DNA of 64,000 nucleotides. Origin: an uncultured Pseudomonadota bacterium (GTDB lineage: Bacteria > Oederibacteriota > Muellerivitia > Muellerivitales > Muellerivitaceae). Numbering within the stretch: the first letter of the stretch is position 1; each line of letters begins with the position of its first letter. A program made the translations under genes and the position numbers. This document shows, one piece after another, positions 50,488 to 59,772 of the stretch. Below the pieces are notes generated by a model. The model made no database searches, was not told the DNA's origin, and worked only from the letters and a program-made list of their open reading frames with translations. The stretch is from assembly GCA_963770835.1 (NCBI GenBank), contig CAVYRH010000026.1, forward strand, positions 352,001 through 416,000, read 5' to 3'.

Positions 50488-50766
50488 ATGAAAAAGATAT
50501 TGGGATTAACGGCGATATTGACCGGAGGATTGTTGGTGGCGGTGGTTAACGGTTGGGCGGACAACGCAGCCCCAGCGGCCGGAACGACTCCCTCAGTTTC
50601 CCAGCCGACAGCGGTCTCCACGCCAGCGGCAAAGGTTAAAAAGGCCAAGAAGTCAAAGAAAGCCGCCAAGGAAGTATGGGTTTGCCCGATGGGGGATTAC
50701 AAGGGCCCCAAGACGGCGGACGGTAAATGCCCCACCTGTGGGATGGATTTGGTGAAGCAACAGTAA
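50488..50766 (+). CDS. Small exported heavy-metal-binding-domain protein
   Basis: Signal peptide; WVCPM...GKCPTCGMDL. Confidence 0.8.
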   Translation: MKKILGLTAILTGGLLVAVVNGWADNAAPAAGTTPSVSQPTAVSTPAAKVKKAKKSKKAAKEVWVCPMGDYKGPKTADGKCPTCGMDLVKQQ

Positions 50767-50779
50767 GCCGGTATGACTC

Positions 50780-50809
50780 CCCGGCGGGTTCTTGCCCGCC
50801 GGGATTTTT
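50780..50809 (+). terminator. Intrinsic terminator
   Basis: CCCGGCGGG/CCCGCCGGG followed by ATTTTT. Confidence 0.65.
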
Positions 50810-50861
50810 CTGACAGAGCTCCAAGCCATTGTGAGAGGCATGGATTCGTAATAAAATATTA

Positions 50862-51092
50862 CGGAACTATGCACTTCACATACATTTTCTAGAAATAATG
50901 GTTGTTTTTCCCTTACCCCTTCTCCCTTAAGGGGAGAAGGTTGGGATGAGGGTGGTTTTGCAAGGGAAAGACACCCCTCACCCTACCCTCTCCCTGGCTG
51001 GCGCCCACAGGGAAAATCCCCTGTGTACCCCTCAATTCGAAAGGCACAAGGGGCGAGGGTTTCCTTGTTTGTATGTGAAGTGCATAGTTCCG
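50862..51092. mobile_element. 231-bp non-autonomous MITE
   Basis: Perfect 23-bp TIR CGGAACTATGCACTTCACATACA; 8-bp TSD AAATATTA (50854-50861 and 51093-51100). Confidence 0.85.
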
Positions 51093-51136
51093 AAATATTA
51101 TTATCAATCCATCATCGATACAGGAGAGCGAAGGCG

Positions 51137-51613
51137 GTGTCTTTCATCATTTTAAAACTTCGAAACATCGTGCTGGTGACGGGGGCTTTTTTGCTTCTCT
51201 TAGCCGCGCTATGGTATGTCGGCTTCGACCGGAACATCTCACTGCCCAACCGTTCCAACATCCAGAAAATCGAAGTGTGCCAGAACGATTTCAAGCAGCG
51301 CGCCCAGCAGATCACCTACATTGAGGAAGACGCGAAGATCCAAAAAATCTACGATTTCATCGACAAGCGCAAAAAGGGGTGGGAACCCCTGATTTACGCC
51401 CCCACGGCGCCGGTCGTCATGGCCGATTTTTACGGTTCCAATGGCGTTTTGTTCGAACTTTACCTGATGAAGTCCTCCAATTTTTTGCTCCGCAACAGCA
51501 ACGGCACTTACATGAAGAGCCTCAAGAACGAAGAAGTGAGCCAATTTTTCGATCTGTTGGGAGTGCAATCGAACCACCTGGTCTATAGCCCACCCAAAGG
51601 CAATTCCCTTTAA
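51137..51613 (+). CDS. Hypothetical membrane-anchored protein
   Basis: N-terminal TM, AGGAG upstream; start uncertain. Confidence 0.6.
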   Translation: MSFIILKLRNIVLVTGAFLLLLAALWYVGFDRNISLPNRSNIQKIEVCQNDFKQRAQQITYIEEDAKIQKIYDFIDKRKKGWEPLIYAPTAPVVMADFYGSNGVLFELYLMKSSNFLLRNSNGTYMKSLKNEEVSQFFDLLGVQSNHLVYSPPKGNSL

Positions 51614-51771
51614 CGGATTTAAAAAGCTTTTCGTTCCCTCCGAACCCCAAGGGATTGATTTAACCGGTTTTTGAAGCGTTGGATGTGGACATTTTTTGTT
51701 GGGAAATTTGTTCCGGATGAGTTATCGTTTTGAGGAAACCTCTATCAGCTGTTCTTCACCCGTGAGGGCAC

Positions 51772-51957
51772 ATGGATTGCCGGCAGGTTCATCAAGCTTA
51801 TAGCGTTTATCTCCAGGGGAAGCTCCCGCCCGTCCAAATGGAATGGATCGCCCAGCATATCCAAGACTGCCCGGATTGCCTCCTGCTCGACCAGAACGTG
51901 AGGAAGTTGTTCCTAGAGGAAACCATGGGCGCAAACGGGGAAAAGGCCGGAGATTAG
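51772..51957 (+). CDS. Stand-alone zf-HC2 (anti-sigma-type zinc finger) protein
   Basis: MDC...YLQGKL...HIQDCPDC (HxxxCxxC); GAGGG RBS. Confidence 0.7.
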   Translation: MDCRQVHQAYSVYLQGKLPPVQMEWIAQHIQDCPDCLLLDQNVRKLFLEETMGANGEKAGD

Positions 51958-51987
51958 TTTTTGCTTTCTCCGGAGCTGCTGGGGCGC

Positions 51988-52704
51988 CTATGAAAAAACA
52001 GCAACCGGTTTTTCCACGCGGAAGGACCTCAACCCGCCCCGAGCCCGCAGGGCCTTGAGAATCACCTTCGATTTGGCGGCTCGCTCCAATGTTTTTCCGA
52101 ATAGGGGATCGGTATCTTTTTTTGGGCTGACGGATTTTCCCAGAGGATTTTGAAGAACGAAAAAAACGAAGCATTTCGTCTTGGGTTTTTGGGACAAGGT
52201 CATCAGTTCCTTTAAGTGCTTAGTGGCCCGCTCGGAAGGGGCGTCGGGAAAGAATCCTCTCCCTTTTTCATCCACCAAGGTGACGCATTTCACCTCGATC
52301 CAGGCCTTTTCCCCGGTCTTGGAACTTTTCGCCAGGAAGTCAAAACGGGTATGGGCGTTCAGGGGCACCTCGGCCTGGAGCTGGTCGTAATCCGTAAGGT
52401 CCTTCAGGCGGCCTTGCTGCCAGGCTTCGTGAACCAGTTTGGGGGCGATGTTGGCTTCGATGCAGACCCAATTGCCCCGGTAAAAGGCGAGCCGTATGGA
52501 ATACCGGGTCTTGCGAAAAGTTTTGAATCGGGATGAATGGTCGACCAGGGCCACCTTGGCCCCCGGAAACAATAATTCCTTAAGCCGCCCCGAATTGGTC
52601 ACATGGCAGTATTCCCGTCGGCCCTTAACCATAACGATGGCGCCGAAGCGGTGGAGTCTCTCAACAAATATGCCCAAAACGAGGGGGACTTCAGGCCAGA
52701 CCAA
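51988..52704 (-). CDS. sfsA: SfsA sugar fermentation stimulation / nuclease-fold protein
   Basis: HVTNSGRLKEL, RFDFL, IEVKCVTL, FPDAPSERATKHL. Confidence 0.92.
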   Translation of the reverse strand: MVWPEVPLVLGIFVERLHRFGAIVMVKGRREYCHVTNSGRLKELLFPGAKVALVDHSSRFKTFRKTRYSIRLAFYRGNWVCIEANIAPKLVHEAWQQGRLKDLTDYDQLQAEVPLNAHTRFDFLAKSSKTGEKAWIEVKCVTLVDEKGRGFFPDAPSERATKHLKELMTLSQKPKTKCFVFFVLQNPLGKSVSPKKDTDPLFGKTLERAAKSKVILKALRARGGLRSFRVEKPVAVFS

Positions 52705-52809
52705 GGGTTTCTCCTGGAAGTAAAATCATCGGCTGTTTTAAGGTAAAATATTACGCATTAAAGGGTTTTGCCTTAAAGTAGAGCTTGGTTTCACACCACT
52801 CGACATTCT

Positions 52810-53808
52810 ATGAAAAAGGAAACAATGGTTCTCCCTCAAATCTTCCGGCGAGTCGGTCTCACTTTTGGCTTGGTCCTTTTGGGCACAGGAGCGGCTAGGG
52901 CAACACCCGAGCAAGACTTCCAGAACCAAGCCCAAGCGGACTACCAAACCATAGCGGATTACGTTAACGCCCAGTTTTCCAAGAGCATGGGTTTTATCAC
53001 CACGCTCGGTTGGAATACACCTCCCGGCGTATTCGACATCCTCAGCGGCCCCCGCGTAGAAGTGGGCGTGGGCGCTGGGGCAGACTTGATGGGCTTGCCC
53101 AACCTCAACAACCTTTCCTTGGGGGCCATCAACCTGGGCTCCAATTTCAACCTCCCTTCCAGCATTCCCTTTCCCTTCCCTGTCATTACGGGGCGGGTGG
53201 GTTTAATTAACGGCTTGGATTTGGGGGCCAAGTTTCTTTACCTGCCCCTCGTCAGTTTTTCGGACTTGGGCTTCACCGCCAATTATTTCGGCTGGGGACT
53301 CGATTTGCGATACAAGATATTGGACGGTATCCAACTACCTACCGTGACGGTGGGCGTGAGCTTGGACTCAATGCAAGGAAGCTTCAACTTGAAGACGGCG
53401 ATCAATCAAACCAGTACTTATAACGATGGAGGAACCCAGTATCCCAATATTTCTTTCATGGGGACCAACAACTACAACCTAGATTGGAACACGAAGAGTT
53501 TTGGGGCCCAAGTGCAAGTTGGGAAGGATTTGGGGGTGCTTTATCCCTTCGCGGCGGTTGGTTTTCAGAGGAATTCGGGCAACATTTCATCCATTATGAA
53601 CGGAAGTGGAAACCTTACCATTCCTCCTCCGGGAGCCAATACGCCCACCCCTGTGAATGTAACGGCGATTAGCAACTCGCCGTCCGTCTATTTCGAGCCT
53701 AAGTTCGTCCTGGGGCTTGATTTCGGCGCGGGGATCCACTGGGCGGTGGTGGGGGAATCCAACGGCACCGATATCGCCGGAAGCACGAGCTTCCGTGTCC
53801 AATTCTGA
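52810..53808 (+). CDS. Putative outer-membrane beta-barrel protein
   Basis: Signal peptide, alternating beta pattern, terminal FRVQF. Confidence 0.6.
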   Translation: MKKETMVLPQIFRRVGLTFGLVLLGTGAARATPEQDFQNQAQADYQTIADYVNAQFSKSMGFITTLGWNTPPGVFDILSGPRVEVGVGAGADLMGLPNLNNLSLGAINLGSNFNLPSSIPFPFPVITGRVGLINGLDLGAKFLYLPLVSFSDLGFTANYFGWGLDLRYKILDGIQLPTVTVGVSLDSMQGSFNLKTAINQTSTYNDGGTQYPNISFMGTNNYNLDWNTKSFGAQVQVGKDLGVLYPFAAVGFQRNSGNISSIMNGSGNLTIPPPGANTPTPVNVTAISNSPSVYFEPKFVLGLDFGAGIHWAVVGESNGTDIAGSTSFRVQF

Positions 53809-53859
53809 AAGCAGCCGTCAGGAAGAGATTGAGGCTCGAGCAAAAAGGTAACCATTAAT

Positions 53860-54069
53860 ATGCCAAACACAAAGAAATTAAACCGAATTTCCTTCGTGGA
53901 CCAAAACGAATGCACGGGCTGCGAGGCCTGCGTGGTGGAAACATCCAAGGTTTTCCGCATGACGTCGGACGGACTCTCGGAGGTTTTTAATCCCCAGGGG
54001 GACACGGAGGAAAAAATCCAGGCGGCCATGGACAGCTGTCCGGTTGCCTGTATTCATTGGAAAAAGTAA
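53860..54069 (+). CDS. Monocluster ferredoxin
   Basis: CTGCEAC...CPVACI. Confidence 0.9.
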   Translation: MPNTKKLNRISFVDQNECTGCEACVVETSKVFRMTSDGLSEVFNPQGDTEEKIQAAMDSCPVACIHWKK

Positions 54070-54100
54070 AAAGGTAGTTGACCGGCTTAAGGAGCTGAAA

Positions 54101-54559
54101 ATGTCGATCCACACGGGATGGATGGAAAAACGGCAGTTCGAGCGCATCGACGCTTCCGTCAAAGTGACCTATTGCCTGGTCCCCAAGGCCGAACTGTTGA
54201 ATATCCTTTCCGATCCGGCCTACCGGGAGTCCTCCGCGGACCACCTGCCCGAACTTTCTAAAAAGTCCGCCGTCTTCCATGCCGTCACGCGCGACATTTC
54301 CATGGGCGGCATGTCACTGGTCGGGCAAGCGTCCTTTCCCGAGGATTCGGCGCTTCAAATCCACCTTTACCTTCCAGGTTACCCAACTCCCATTACCTTA
54401 ATCGCCGAGGTGGTCCGGGCCCAGGTTGAAAGCAATGCCTCCAGCGGCGCTACCTACCGGGCCGGAATCAAGATCCTGGCCGTCAACCGCAAGGACGTCG
54501 TCCACCTGGACAAGTATCTTTTGGCCGAGAAAATCCGCCAGCGTAGCGGCGGCAAGTAA
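54101..54559 (+). CDS. PilZ domain protein
   Basis: RQFER (RxxxR) and DISMGG (DxSxxG). Confidence 0.88.
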   Translation: MSIHTGWMEKRQFERIDASVKVTYCLVPKAELLNILSDPAYRESSADHLPELSKKSAVFHAVTRDISMGGMSLVGQASFPEDSALQIHLYLPGYPTPITLIAEVVRAQVESNASSGATYRAGIKILAVNRKDVVHLDKYLLAEKIRQRSGGK

Positions 54560-54661
54560 CGGCAGTTGCAGTCCCCAGTCCTCCGTCGGCAACACAGCTT
54601 TTAAAGGCTTCGTTTAGAACTGCCAATTGCGGGCAGCAACCTGGTTTCCGGTGGTGGATTT

Positions 54662-55537
54662 TTGACCCCCCAAAACTCCCTTAAAATCATCTCAACCGTC
54701 AAAGCCGGGGCTTACGACATTCCCGGCCATCCGGAACACCCCTTGCGGATTCTCCGTTCTCTGGACCACTTGAAGTCCCTTCTTCCCGCCCAGTCTTTCC
54801 AGGAGCCCTCGGCGGTCCCACTGGAGAAGATCAAGGCCGTCCACGCCGACAGCGTCATCAAGGTGGTTCAAAAAGAGGGGTTCTTCGACCCCGACACGCC
54901 CGGGGCTCCGGGGATTTGGGAATGCAGCCTCCTTTCGGCCGGTGCGGCACTCCAGGCCGCCGCTGAAAGCCTGAAGGGGACCAAGGTTTTTTCCCTGATG
55001 CGGCCGCCCGGCCACCACGCCACGCCGGACCGGGGAATGGGCTTTTGTTATTTCAATTCCATGGCCGTGGCCATCCAGGACATGGTCCGACAAAAGCTGG
55101 CCCAAAGGGTCGCGGTGCTGGACCTGGACTGCCACCACGGCAATGGCACGGAGGATTTCTGCTTTGGCAAGGAAGAGTTCATGTATCTCTCCCTGCATCA
55201 GTTTCCGGCCTATCCCGGCACGGGGCGGCAATCCCGGGCCAATTGCGTGAATTACCCCATGGCCCCGGGCACCGAGGAAGGGGATTATTTCCCGGCGATG
55301 GAGGACGCCTTGAAGCGCATCCAAGCCTTCAAACCGGATTTGGTAGGCGTTTCCATGGGGTTCGACACCTATGAGAAGGACCCCTTGACCCAATTCGGGA
55401 TAACGCGGAAAGACTACCGGAGAATGGGAAAGTGGCTGGGTGAGTCCGACTTTCCGATTTTCGCGCTCCTGGAAGGCGGCTACCACGACGACCTGCCGTT
55501 TTTAATTGAGGAGTTCCTCGAGGGTTGGGCGGGATGA
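54662..55537 (+). CDS. Histone deacetylase family protein
   Basis: RPPGHHA, GFCYFN, DCHHGNGT, LEGGY. Confidence 0.93.
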   Translation: MTPQNSLKIISTVKAGAYDIPGHPEHPLRILRSLDHLKSLLPAQSFQEPSAVPLEKIKAVHADSVIKVVQKEGFFDPDTPGAPGIWECSLLSAGAALQAAAESLKGTKVFSLMRPPGHHATPDRGMGFCYFNSMAVAIQDMVRQKLAQRVAVLDLDCHHGNGTEDFCFGKEEFMYLSLHQFPAYPGTGRQSRANCVNYPMAPGTEEGDYFPAMEDALKRIQAFKPDLVGVSMGFDTYEKDPLTQFGITRKDYRRMGKWLGESDFPIFALLEGGYHDDLPFLIEEFLEGWAG

Positions 55538-55575
55538 GTCCGCTTCACCGTAGAGGAAGGCTTTTAGATCTTGTT

Positions 55576-55690
55576 GTCATTGCGAGGAAGTCGACAGACT
55601 AACGAAGCAATCCATACCAATCCAGAAACTGCAGTTCTTTGGATATTTGGATTGCCGCGTTGGCCAAATGAATGGCCTCCTCGCAATGAC
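55576..55690. repeat. GTCATTGCGAG palindromic element (divergent copy)
   Basis: GTCATTGCGAGGA..GAAGCAATCC ... GGATTGC..TCCTCGCAATGAC. Confidence 0.8.
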
Positions 55691-55711
55691 GTATACTAAA
55701 ACGGAATCCAC

Positions 55712-56488
55712 ATGAAAAATCCCATTATCACTTTACTCACCGATTTCGGCACCAAGGACCCCTTCGTCGGAGTCATGAAGGGTGTCCTCCTTTCCATATG
55801 CCCCGGTGCTCAACTGGTGGACCTTTCCCATGAGGTGCCACCTCAATCCGTCCTCGCGGCGGCCTTCCTTTTGAAAACTTCCATCGGTTATTTTCCCAAA
55901 GGTACGGTTCATTTGGCAGTGGTGGACCCGGGCGTGGGAAGCGCCCGCAAAGCCGTCGCGCTCAAGAGTAGGGGTCATTTTTTCGTGGGGCCCGACAACG
56001 GCCTGCTTTCAGCCGCCTTAAAGGACAGGGGAATCGAACGAGTCGTGGAGCTAACGCAGAGGAAATACCAACTTCCCAATCCCAGTTCCACCTTCCATGG
56101 GCGGGATATTTTCGCATCCGTCGCCGCTCACTTAGCAAAAGGCATTCCTTTGGCGCGGTTGGGGACGAAACAAAACAATTGGATTTGGCGGGAAATTCCT
56201 AAGGCTTATAAAACCCACCAAGGCTGGGTAGGTCAGGTGCTTTGGGTGGACCACTTCGGCAATTTGGTCACCAACTTGGAACGGAAGCATATTCCTAAAA
56301 TCTTCCGTCTGAAGATCGGCAAAACCGTCATCGTAAACTTAAGCTTGGCTACCCATTACGCCCAAGTCAAAAAGGGAACTGTCATTGCCCTTATCGGTTC
56401 CTCAGGGAATTTGGAAATTTCGATCAACGGTGGCAACGCCGCCCAAAAACTCGGGGCTTCAATAGGAGTACCCGTTACTTTGGCTTAG
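55712..56488 (+). CDS. DUF62 SAM hydroxide adenosyltransferase (fluorinase/chlorinase family)
   Basis: LLTDFG, VVDPGVGS, GPDNG, TFHGRDIF, DHFGN. Confidence 0.92.
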   Translation: MKNPIITLLTDFGTKDPFVGVMKGVLLSICPGAQLVDLSHEVPPQSVLAAAFLLKTSIGYFPKGTVHLAVVDPGVGSARKAVALKSRGHFFVGPDNGLLSAALKDRGIERVVELTQRKYQLPNPSSTFHGRDIFASVAAHLAKGIPLARLGTKQNNWIWREIPKAYKTHQGWVGQVLWVDHFGNLVTNLERKHIPKIFRLKIGKTVIVNLSLATHYAQVKKGTVIALIGSSGNLEISINGGNAAQKLGASIGVPVTLA

Positions 56489-57299
56489 CGTGTTTGGTTC
56501 GATAGGCCCAGGTCTTTTCATCCTTGCCGTTTTTTAAAATTTTGAATATCTGGCCGTGGATTTTGCCGTTGCTGGCGAGCGCGTTTTCACCCAGCAGGTC
56601 AAAGGGTTTTCCCGTAATGTCGGTTACTTTACCCCCGGCCTCGGTCACCATTAAAACCCCCGCCGCCATGTCCCAAGCCTGGATACCCCTTTCCCAGAAA
56701 CCGTCGAAGCGGCCTGCCGCCACGTAAGCCAGGTTCATGGCCGCCGAACCGTCGCGCCGAACGCCTTGGGTCTTTAGGACAAATTGGCGGAAGTTATCCA
56801 GGTTGTAATGGGTCTCCCGCACGGCATAGGCGAACCCGGTGCAGACCAGGCTTTCTTCCAGGCTCCCGGTCGCCGATATCCGCAGACGCCGGCCATTGAG
56901 GAAGGCTCCCCGGCCCCTTTCGGCCGTGAAACATTCATCCCGCAGGGCATCGTAAATCACACCCGCGATAGGCTTTCCGTTTTGGACTAGGGCGATGGAA
57001 CAGCAAAAAAAGGGGTAGGCATGGGTGTAATTCGTGGTGCCGTCCAAGGGGTCCACCAGCCATGTGTAATCCGACTGGTTCTTTTGCTGGCCACTTTCCT
57101 CCCCCCAAAAATTATGGGTGGGGAAGCGTGCCTTTAACATAGAAAGGACGGCTTTTTCGCATTGCTGGTCCACTTCCGTCACTAGATTCAGCTTGTTCTT
57201 GGATTTGAAACGGATGTGGAGAACATGCCCATAGTGCTTTTTCTGAATACGGCCCGCCGTGCGGGCGGCCTGGACGGCGGTTTTGAGGTAAAGATTCAT
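56475..57299 (-). CDS. suhB: Inositol monophosphatase
   Basis: LVTEVD, GEE, DPLDGTTN, GSAA, WDMAAG. Confidence 0.92.
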   Translation of the reverse strand: MNLYLKTAVQAARTAGRIQKKHYGHVLHIRFKSKNKLNLVTEVDQQCEKAVLSMLKARFPTHNFWGEESGQQKNQSDYTWLVDPLDGTTNYTHAYPFFCCSIALVQNGKPIAGVIYDALRDECFTAERGRGAFLNGRRLRISATGSLEESLVCTGFAYAVRETHYNLDNFRQFVLKTQGVRRDGSAAMNLAYVAAGRFDGFWERGIQAWDMAAGVLMVTEAGGKVTDITGKPFDLLGENALASNGKIHGQIFKILKNGKDEKTWAYRTKHAKPK

Positions 57300-57551
57300 T
57301 AGTTCCCTTTTTTTAGGATATTCGGGGGATTCTAACAGTTTCGAAAAATAAATATCCCTTAAAACTCTTGAGAATGCTTTTGGTTGGTTCTGACTTGTCG
57401 GTTTAGGGAAAGTTTAAGGTATAATTGCCCTGTTATTTCCTGGGGTACTTATTTTTTCCCCGTTTTAGATAGCCCATATTTTCCCCATTGCCCGACCGAG
57501 GGGATTTTTATGTAGATATATGAAAGCAGTTTGAAAGCAGAAACTCGCTGA

Positions 57552-57565
57552 AGGAAGCGCTTACA
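57552..57565. promoter_or_regulatory. LacI/cre-like operator AGGAAGCGCTTACA upstream of lacI
   Basis: Palindromic AAGCGCTT core about 130 bp upstream of a LacI-family gene. Confidence 0.6.
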
Positions 57566-57693
57566 AGGACGACACCCTCATTTTTCTGGTTAGATTGGGC
57601 AAAGCCCGACCAAGGCAATGAGGGTCGCACAGTTTTCATTTTTTGGGCCTTCGGCCCACGGTTTGTTGATAGATAAACTGCGCAGGAGCCAAA

Positions 57694-58749
57694 ATGACCA
57701 TCACTATTTACGATGTTGCCTCTAGGGCGGGAGTCTCCATCTCCACCGTTTCGCGGGTTTTAAACAACAACCCCAACGTGCTGGAGGACACCCGCCAAAG
57801 GGTTTTAAAGGCCATCGCGGAACTCCAATTCAAGCCTAACCCCATCGCCCGCGGGTTGGTGGTGAAACAAACCAACCTCATCGAGGTTCTTTTTTCATGG
57901 GCGGGCCCCGTTTTCAACATGGCCGGCTACCAATTCAACCTGCAAAGCGCCTGGTACGTGGGCATGTTGAACGGCATCAACGAGGTGGTCCAGGAAAAAC
58001 AATACGGGTTGCTTATCAACACCATCTCCGGGGTGTTCGATCCCCAGGAAGTTTACCGCCGGGTTTTTAATAACGCGGTGGACGGGGTCCTGATGGTTTC
58101 CCCCTACTTGGAGGAAAAGGACGTGGTTCAATTGATTGGAAGCCGCGTTCCCGTGGTTTTGATCGGCTACCGTACCGACGACCCGCGCACGGATTACGTG
58201 GATAGCGACAACCGGGGCGCCGCTGGGCTGGTGGTGGACCATCTCGTGGGCCTGGGACACAAGAAAATCGCCTGTATTTCGGGCCAGACCCGGACTTCCC
58301 GAAACGCGGCCGACCGGCTTGAGGGGTTTAAGACAACCATTGCGAAGCACGGCCTTTCCGTGCCCGAGGAATACATTGTGGAGGGCGACTTCCTGAAAAA
58401 GTCCGGAGCCGAAGCCATGCAAAAACTCATGGCCCTTCCCGACCGCCCCACCGCGGTTTTCGCCTCCAACGATTTGATGGCGTTAGGAGCCTGGGATGTT
58501 ATTGAGGAGATGGGCCTGACGGTCGGCAAGGACATTGCCCTGGTGGGTTTTGACGACATCGCGGAGGCTTTCACGCCGCCCTACTCCCTGACCACCGTGA
58601 GGCAGGATTACCGTACCATCAGCATGGAGGCCACCCGTATCCTCATCGAAAAAATCCATCACCCGGAAAATTGGAAGCCCCAGCAGGTTCTCGTGCCCGC
58701 CCAATTGATCGTGCGCCAGTCCTGCGGGTCCAAAAAGAAGTTGTTTTAG
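57694..58749 (+). CDS. Full-length LacI-family transcriptional regulator
   Basis: TIYDVASRAGVSISTVSRVLN, PNPIARGL, PTAVFASND, VGFDD, LTTV. Confidence 0.95.
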   Translation: MTITIYDVASRAGVSISTVSRVLNNNPNVLEDTRQRVLKAIAELQFKPNPIARGLVVKQTNLIEVLFSWAGPVFNMAGYQFNLQSAWYVGMLNGINEVVQEKQYGLLINTISGVFDPQEVYRRVFNNAVDGVLMVSPYLEEKDVVQLIGSRVPVVLIGYRTDDPRTDYVDSDNRGAAGLVVDHLVGLGHKKIACISGQTRTSRNAADRLEGFKTTIAKHGLSVPEEYIVEGDFLKKSGAEAMQKLMALPDRPTAVFASNDLMALGAWDVIEEMGLTVGKDIALVGFDDIAEAFTPPYSLTTVRQDYRTISMEATRILIEKIHHPENWKPQQVLVPAQLIVRQSCGSKKKLF

Positions 58750-58859
58750 TTTTAAGGGGAAAATGGAACCACAAGGGCATCCCGCCTTGCATGATCCGCT
58801 TGCGGATCATGCGGGATCGTACCACCTTTTATAAAAATCCTTTGATTAATGATAGGTGG

Positions 58860-58948
58860 CACACGAAGGGCACTAAGAGCGGCAAAGTCCCCGGTTTGAG
58901 CTTAAATCCACACCTTGCTTTTCTTCGTGCCCTTTGTGTCTTCGTGGT
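58860..58948. repeat. Inverted 9-bp-period repeat element (variant)
   Basis: CACGAAGGGCACTAAG ... CTTCGTGCCCTTTGTGTCTTCGTGG. Confidence 0.55.
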
Positions 58949-59042
58949 TCAAGCCTTTGTTGTTCAACAAAGTTGCGGGGGCACTCACCGGCTGTTACAA
59001 TGCCTACCGCTTTGCCTTTCATCCACCGTATCAGGACGTGAC

Positions 59043-59768
59043 ATGGGAAGACTCATGCAAATCCTCGGCGTCATCCTGGCCTTGGCCCTTGTTTACGCCA
59101 TCATGGCGGGGTTAGGCCTGACCCAAGGGTTTAAACACCATAAAACAACCCTTAAAACGGAAATTATCACGGATTTTGAGGACACCACCGACGATTTCGA
59201 CTGGACCACCGGCGGTTATGTGAAGATCGAGCCTTCCACGGAAAACAAGACCCACGGAAAGTACAGCGCCAAGGCAACCTTCCTCCTCGCGGGACAATTT
59301 TTGAACGTGCCCTCGCCCATCGCGGCCACCCAGTCGCAGCCGGCTTCCCCTCTTGAACCCACCCCTACCCCGGCTGTTCCTTGGCAGCCGGAGATGGTTT
59401 TGGACGTCAATTCGATTTCCCCGCTGAAAGTTTTTGAATGGCAGGATTACGCGGAATTAAAAATGGATGTTTTCAACGACCAAACCCAGCCGGTGACTTA
59501 TCACGTCGAGGTCGGGGACACCCATGCTTACCTTTATGAATCCTCCGGCCCACTGACGCCGAAAAAAGTCACCAACATCTCGATTTCCTTGGAAGACATA
59601 GCTAAGAATCGGGTGGATTTAAGCAACATCCGGTCCTTAAGGTTCTGGGTGGACACCGCCGGGGCCACCCAACCGGTCGTCGTGTACTTGGATTACATTC
59701 GCCTGGAAGGCGACGCCACGGCCCCCAAGTCCGCCAATCCCAGCACGACCCCCACGCCCCACCGCTAA
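59043..59768 (+). CDS. Membrane-anchored hypothetical protein, carbohydrate-binding-module-like
   Basis: TDFED...THGKYSAK...YAELKMDV...VYLDYIRL beta-sandwich pattern. Confidence 0.6.
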   Translation: MGRLMQILGVILALALVYAIMAGLGLTQGFKHHKTTLKTEIITDFEDTTDDFDWTTGGYVKIEPSTENKTHGKYSAKATFLLAGQFLNVPSPIAATQSQPASPLEPTPTPAVPWQPEMVLDVNSISPLKVFEWQDYAELKMDVFNDQTQPVTYHVEVGDTHAYLYESSGPLTPKKVTNISISLEDIAKNRVDLSNIRSLRFWVDTAGATQPVVVYLDYIRLEGDATAPKSANPSTTPTPHR

Positions 59769-59772
59769 AATC

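Noticed and set aside
55712..56488. Fluorinase/chlorinase biosynthetic cluster
   Set aside because: The HGRD motif and housekeeping context fit the common DUF62 SAM hydrolase; no biosynthetic genes adjacent.
57597..57632. c-di-GMP-I riboswitch (GGGCAAA...GGGTCGCACAG)
   Set aside because: Lacks the GAAA tetraloop stem and the second hairpin; resemblance is only partial.
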